Shown one piece after another: positions 16,280-20,000 of a stretch of 20,000 nucleotides of DNA. The notes under the pieces were generated by a model. That model searched no databases. It worked only from the letters and a program-made list of their open reading frames with translations, and was not told the DNA's origin. Numbering within the stretch: position 1 is the stretch's first letter; every line of letters begins with the position of its first letter. Source of the DNA: an uncultured virus (IMG/VR IMGVR_UViG_3300020161_002252) (lineage: Duplodnaviria; Heunggongvirae; Uroviricota; Caudoviricetes; Herelleviridae). Where the stretch lies: the IMG/VR virus record IMGVR_UViG_3300020161_002252; one strand, 5' to 3'. Position numbers and translations under genes: made by a program.

Positions 16280-17044
16280 TTATACAATGTTAACTATGAA
16301 TTTTATTTTATCTAGCATCAATATTTCACGCGCTGGGAAAATAGCGGGGGTCATGGTCAACTTGGTGAAATCTACGGGTATTGACTTCTTATCATACGCT
16401 CCATAAGATACACCCCTAAACACGGTCGCTACACTACTTTGCCAATATTCAAGCTCCGCTTTTAGCTGGAATCCTCCCCATGTTGCCAGGTTATATAAGA
16501 TTTCACTATTGATTCTACATTCACATTGATATTCATCTAGTCTAGTATCAATCAACACCGAAGAAAGATGATATAAACTAGGGGATAGATAAGCAAGTTC
16601 ACTTGTTGCCTGGTCATAATATTGCTTCACCGCTATTCGTTGATCATTAATGCTTTGATTCAAGTTTCTATTTACTATCTCCGAACAGGTTAAGAGGTCA
16701 CTAATCAATTTTGTTGATAGTTCATCTTCTTGCGATAGTCTAGTAACGATTAAACTTGGTGCATCTGGATCATAGGAAAGCATTTTTTCAATGTAACATG
16801 ATTTCACCTTCCACAATTTGCCCCACTGGTCCACAATTTCCCTTGAAAAACTATTGTTATTTAGCATCCTACAAAACGCGGGGTAATTGATCTCTAACTC
16901 CTCAGCTATCCACCCACGAACCTCGCAATCATTCAGCGCGCGCCTGGTGGCAAATAGTGCAGCATCACATAAACTTCTAGGTTTAATAAATTCTATAGTC
17001 TTGTACCTTCGCCTTAAGTGGCGCGTCTGTTTCAATTCTTTCAT
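16280..17044 (-). CDS. Hypothetical protein with N-terminal XRE/Cro-like HTH (254 aa)
   Basis: RGWIAEELEINYPAFCRMLNN pattern; RBS GAGGA. Confidence 0.6.
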   Translation of the reverse strand: MKELKQTRHLRRRYKTIEFIKPRSLCDAALFATRRALNDCEVRGWIAEELEINYPAFCRMLNNNSFSREIVDQWGKLWKVKSCYIEKMLSYDPDAPSLIVTRLSQEDELSTKLISDLLTCSEIVNRNLNQSINDQRIAVKQYYDQATSELAYLSPSLYHLSSVLIDTRLDEYQCECRINSEILYNLATWGGFQLKAELEYWQSSVATVFRGVSYGAYDKKSIPVDFTKLTMTPAIFPAREILMLDKIKFIVNIV

Positions 17045-17198
17045 TACACAAAGTCCTCTCTTTTACCGCTTGATACTCAATTTCTAAGAGTGTTGTGATC
17101 AAGCTGGTGATGATATGGTTATTCTCTTGCCTTCCTTGTGTAGAAAGATACGCCCTAAGCTTTTGCAGTGTGTCAATGTATGCTCTATTTTCTAGCAT
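16983..17198 (-). CDS. Hypothetical protein (71 aa)
   Basis: RBS AAGGA; overlaps next gene by 62 nt. Confidence 0.6.
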   Translation of the reverse strand: MLENRAYIDTLQKLRAYLSTQGRQENNHIITSLITTLLEIEYQAVKERTLCNERIETDAPLKAKVQDYRIY

Positions 17199-17362
17199 TT
17201 TTCATATCCTTTGTTGAAATTAAATGAAGTTTCTTTGAGTCCTGGGGGATCGATCCACCCCATCACCATAAGCGGTATTTTGATTAAAATAAGAACCCGT
17301 AGAAACTTGTTATTTTGATTAGTATAGGTAAATAGTTTCTTTATTTCAATGAATCAAATTAT

Positions 17363-17911
17363 TTAGATATGTCTAATAAATCCCTTAGCGCCAATAGTGA
17401 AATTATTGCTATCTCTCACCGGATCCACCGATAAAAGATCGATTCGTTCTGGGTGTGCTTGAAAAATAGCAAAAGATACTATGTAGAAAATGTTCTCTTC
17501 GTACGCTGGTAGACCATCAGTTTTTAATATGCCATTTTTGCGCGTTACTGGGATTTCAAAGAATCTTAGATCTTCTTTTTCAGCAAAGCAAAAGTTTTCA
17601 TATTCATTGCTAGACTCTTGGGACATCGCAACCAATCTAGGAAGAATACCACTGGGTTGGATGGTAGTAATGACCGATTGATCTTCGCGCATAATAACAA
17701 TTGGGTGCGGTGTAGCATTGAGCACTTGCTGGGGTTTGTGTTCCAAGGAATCCAGAAGTATCAAATCCTTTTTTGCAACGGCTTCTAATGCGAACCCATC
17801 TTCTATGATCACTGGGAAATTTGAATTTTTTAACGATTCACTATAAGAAAGTGTTTTAATTGTTTCTTGGATCTTTTTATCAATAAGATATTTCATATAT
17901 AAGGTACTCAT
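17363..17911 (-). CDS. Conserved phage hypothetical protein (NxTPH...PSG...GLP...YIVS...VRD family)
   Basis: LNATPHPI, QPSGILPRL, GLPAYEENIFYIVS, RIDLL, VRD motifs; RBS AAGGA. Confidence 0.65.
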   Translation of the reverse strand: MSTLYMKYLIDKKIQETIKTLSYSESLKNSNFPVIIEDGFALEAVAKKDLILLDSLEHKPQQVLNATPHPIVIMREDQSVITTIQPSGILPRLVAMSQESSNEYENFCFAEKEDLRFFEIPVTRKNGILKTDGLPAYEENIFYIVSFAIFQAHPERIDLLSVDPVRDSNNFTIGAKGFIRHI

Positions 17912-17973
17912 TTATTGTTTTTCCTTTGATGGTGGTTGAGCAGCATAATAAACCATTGCTCTAAGTTTTTATT

Positions 17974-18324
17974 TCATACACCTTTAACATCTGTAAATAA
18001 AGAATGCGCAGCAAATCTTGTTCTCTCAAAATTCTTGATACTCTTTACTTGGTCGGATTCTCTCCAAAGCCAAAAAGAACAGGCTGTGGCTACGGAAAAC
18101 AAGTAATATCTTTGATCATAGCTTAATGCTTCTTTGTCTATGGGTAAATAGATTATATATGATCTCAAGGTCTCAAAATCTTTTATCTCTGGACCCTTGA
18201 AATTTATAGCATTCCACCAATCATTTACCTTAGTGACAATAGCATCAAGATCATCAAAATTCCCCGTGTATTCTGTATATAGGGGAACATCTTTAAATTG
18301 AATATGATCAAAAAGTTTATTCAT
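17974..18324 (-). CDS. Hypothetical protein (116 aa)
   Basis: ATG directly follows the resolvase stop codon. Confidence 0.75.
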   Translation of the reverse strand: MNKLFDHIQFKDVPLYTEYTGNFDDLDAIVTKVNDWWNAINFKGPEIKDFETLRSYIIYLPIDKEALSYDQRYYLFSVATACSFWLWRESDQVKSIKNFERTRFAAHSLFTDVKGV

Positions 18325-19149
18325 TTATTTTTTTGCCTTCTTATCAAAGAATCTGGGTCTATTGGGTTCTATGTTCAAGTATCTTAGATTCTTGTATATC
18401 GTAGAAACAGATATATCTATTTTCTTGGCAATTGTAAGAAGTGGCAATCCTTGTTCATACAATGCTTTTACTTCTTGCGCTTGTTTTTGAGCTTCTTCAG
18501 ATAACCCTTTTTGTCTATTGGGTCTAATATAGCCACTCTTTTCACACTTTACTAAAGTATCTCTATTTGGCGATCCATTCGCTAATCTCAGATATTTGTA
18601 GATAGTAGCTTTTGAAGTATCACACTGTTTACAAATCTCAGCAATCGATACACCGCTATCATACAAAGATTTCACGACAAAAGCCTTTCTTTTGCCTTCT
18701 AGTGAAACACCTTTAGGCCGTCCACCAATACGCCCGCGCGCTCTAGCAGCCTTTAACCCCGCTTTGGTTCTCTCTTTAATCAAATTCAATTCCATCTCAG
18801 CCAACGCGGAAAAAATATGAAATACAAAAGTACCATAAGAATTTGAAGTATCGATCCCATCCAAGGATTTAAAATGCGCACCCTTGGCCTTGATCTTCTC
18901 CACAATAGAAATCAAATCTTTCACGGATCTACCTAAGCGATCAAGCTTCACAACCACCAAGGTATCACCAGCATTCAGGCGCTTCAAGGCTTTTTGTAAT
19001 TCTGGTCTTTCTTTCGTGGCGCTCATCTTCTCTTGGAAGCAAATATCACTATAATGCTTTAATACGTCAATTTGTGGATCTAAGCTTTGATCTTCTGTTG
19101 ATACTCTAGCGTAGCCAATTCTTAGGCCTTCTTTTTTAGTGAATAACAT
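18325..19149 (-). CDS. Serine recombinase (resolvase/invertase family) with two C-terminal HTH domains
   Basis: IGYARVSTEDQ (catalytic Ser), LVVVKLDRLGRS, ERTKAGLKAARARGRIGGRP; two HTH_7-like units (SIAEICKQCDTSKATIYKYL; LLTIAKKIDISVSTIYKNL). Confidence 0.93.
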   Translation of the reverse strand: MLFTKKEGLRIGYARVSTEDQSLDPQIDVLKHYSDICFQEKMSATKERPELQKALKRLNAGDTLVVVKLDRLGRSVKDLISIVEKIKAKGAHFKSLDGIDTSNSYGTFVFHIFSALAEMELNLIKERTKAGLKAARARGRIGGRPKGVSLEGKRKAFVVKSLYDSGVSIAEICKQCDTSKATIYKYLRLANGSPNRDTLVKCEKSGYIRPNRQKGLSEEAQKQAQEVKALYEQGLPLLTIAKKIDISVSTIYKNLRYLNIEPNRPRFFDKKAKK

Positions 19150-19215
19150 TTGTACTCTCTCTTGTTGGGGGATAGGTACTCAATAAACACATCATATTTT
19201 GATTTCATTTCATCT

Positions 19216-19244
19216 AGTTTAAAAAAGATATAATTAATTAAACT
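19216..19244. promoter_or_regulatory. Candidate resolvase binding/res-like site
   Basis: AGTTTAA...TTAAACT inverted ends spanning 29 bp with a central ATATA, directly upstream of the resolvase. Confidence 0.3.
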
Positions 19245-19250
19245 CGTATT

Positions 19251-20000
19251 CTAAGGCTGGAGCAATTGAAGCAATGGTTCATGGTTCTCTATTCGTTCCC
19301 TTGATCTTCGTACATACTCTTCACTTTGCTCTATGCAAATGTAGCGCCTATTTGCATTGATACACGCTATTGCTGTTGTTCCACTTCCTGAGCAGTTATC
19401 TAGCACTAGATCCCCTTCATTCGTGTATGTTTTGATCAGGTATTCAAATAGGGCTACGGGCTTTTGTGTTGGGTGCATCCCGCGTTCTACATTGTAGTAC
19501 AGTACATTTTTAGGGTAGTTTTCATATTCCTTACAAACAAATTCTTTATTTTCCCTTTGCCCACCATACATTTCAGAAGATAAATTATTCCTTGTTTTTG
19601 TGTACTCCCTTTTTATCGTAGCATTATGATTATAGGTGTATGGTAAATAATTAATTTTCTCTTTCATAGAAACAAGAGTATCATAAGATAAAAAGCCGTC
19701 CATTTGATCAATCTTGAAATGCGTAAGCAATTCTTCATAGGTTTTTCTTGTACATAGATCAAATTGCGATCCCCGTACGCCGTAGGAATGATGATAGCCC
19801 TTGTGTCCTAAAACATTCGCAATCTTTCCCGCAGTCAATCCAATAAACTCATTTACTAGAGTAAAATACGCCCTTAAATCCTTGTTGTATTTTCTTTCTA
19901 TATCATCTTTTCTAGGGGGTCTAAACACTAACACATTTTCAAATATTCTATGAGGCTGTATCCCTGTTAATGCGTGATTACTATTTCTATTCTTGACCCA
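19251..20000 (-). CDS. Beta-class N6-adenine/N4-cytosine DNA methyltransferase, 5' part beyond window
   Basis: Frame open to the edge (WVKNRNSNHALTGIQPHRIFENVLVF...); HPTQKPVALFEYLIKTYTNEGDLVLDNCSGSGTTAIAC. Confidence 0.92.
   Translation of the reverse strand, partial: WVKNRNSNHALTGIQPHRIFENVLVFRPPRKDDIERKYNKDLRAYFTLVNEFIGLTAGKIANVLGHKGYHHSYGVRGSQFDLCTRKTYEELLTHFKIDQMDGFLSYDTLVSMKEKINYLPYTYNHNATIKREYTKTRNNLSSEMYGGQRENKEFVCKEYENYPKNVLYYNVERGMHPTQKPVALFEYLIKTYTNEGDLVLDNCSGSGTTAIACINANRRYICIEQSEEYVRRSRERIENHEPLLQLLQP

Larger units (their letters stand above)
1..20000. mobile_element. Tailed bacteriophage (or prophage) genome segment: head morphogenesis module plus early/accessory genes
   Basis: Portal, MuF-like and prohead protease genes; densely packed co-oriented small ORFs with AGGA/GAGG RBS; dCMP deaminase, Nmad1-like and MTase genes typical of phages; no host housekeeping genes. 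Confidence 0.93.

Noticed and set aside
2265..17681. Short ORFs 2265-2474, 3107-3487, 5430-5615, 6463-6666, 7663-7896, 10245-10505, 10746-10985, 13430-13651, 13510-13767, 15511-15831, 16887-17087 and 17490-17681
   Set aside because: Antisense or out-of-frame overlaps of better-supported genes, with no RBS or recognisable motifs
1..20000. CRISPR array, rRNA genes or stop-codon reassignment
   Set aside because: No regularly spaced repeats or rRNA-like sequence; genes tile densely in code 11 with TAA, TAG and TGA all used as stops

Overview
This window is part of a tailed-phage (Caudoviricetes) genome, almost all on the minus strand, using the standard genetic code. The left and centre form a head-morphogenesis module. 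It has an SPO1/Twort-type portal (11441-13057), several small head-associated proteins, a MuF/gp7-like minor head protein with an extra C-terminal domain, and a prohead protease running off the left edge (<1-1007, missed by the ORF track). Flanking MuF are two paralogues that share a ~157-aa, ~88% identical N-terminus but have unrelated C-termini. [LIV]-x-K-[A/S/G] motifs recur at leader ends and domain junctions throughout the module, which suggests a protease-processed, polymorphic capsid-cargo system (inference). The module is interrupted at ~7320-11270 by a compositionally foreign ~3.95-kb block carrying a Zn-ribbon m6A methyltransferase, an m4C-type methyltransferase and a 5'-truncated probable restriction endonuclease. 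The right side holds a sigma70 promoter/terminator-bounded cassette of two small genes and an inverted-repeat-bracketed sRNA/small-ORF candidate. It also carries Nmad1-like and dCMP deaminase genes, DNA-binding hypotheticals, a serine resolvase with two HTHs and a partial beta-class DNA methyltransferase. All family assignments come from motif recognition, not database searches.
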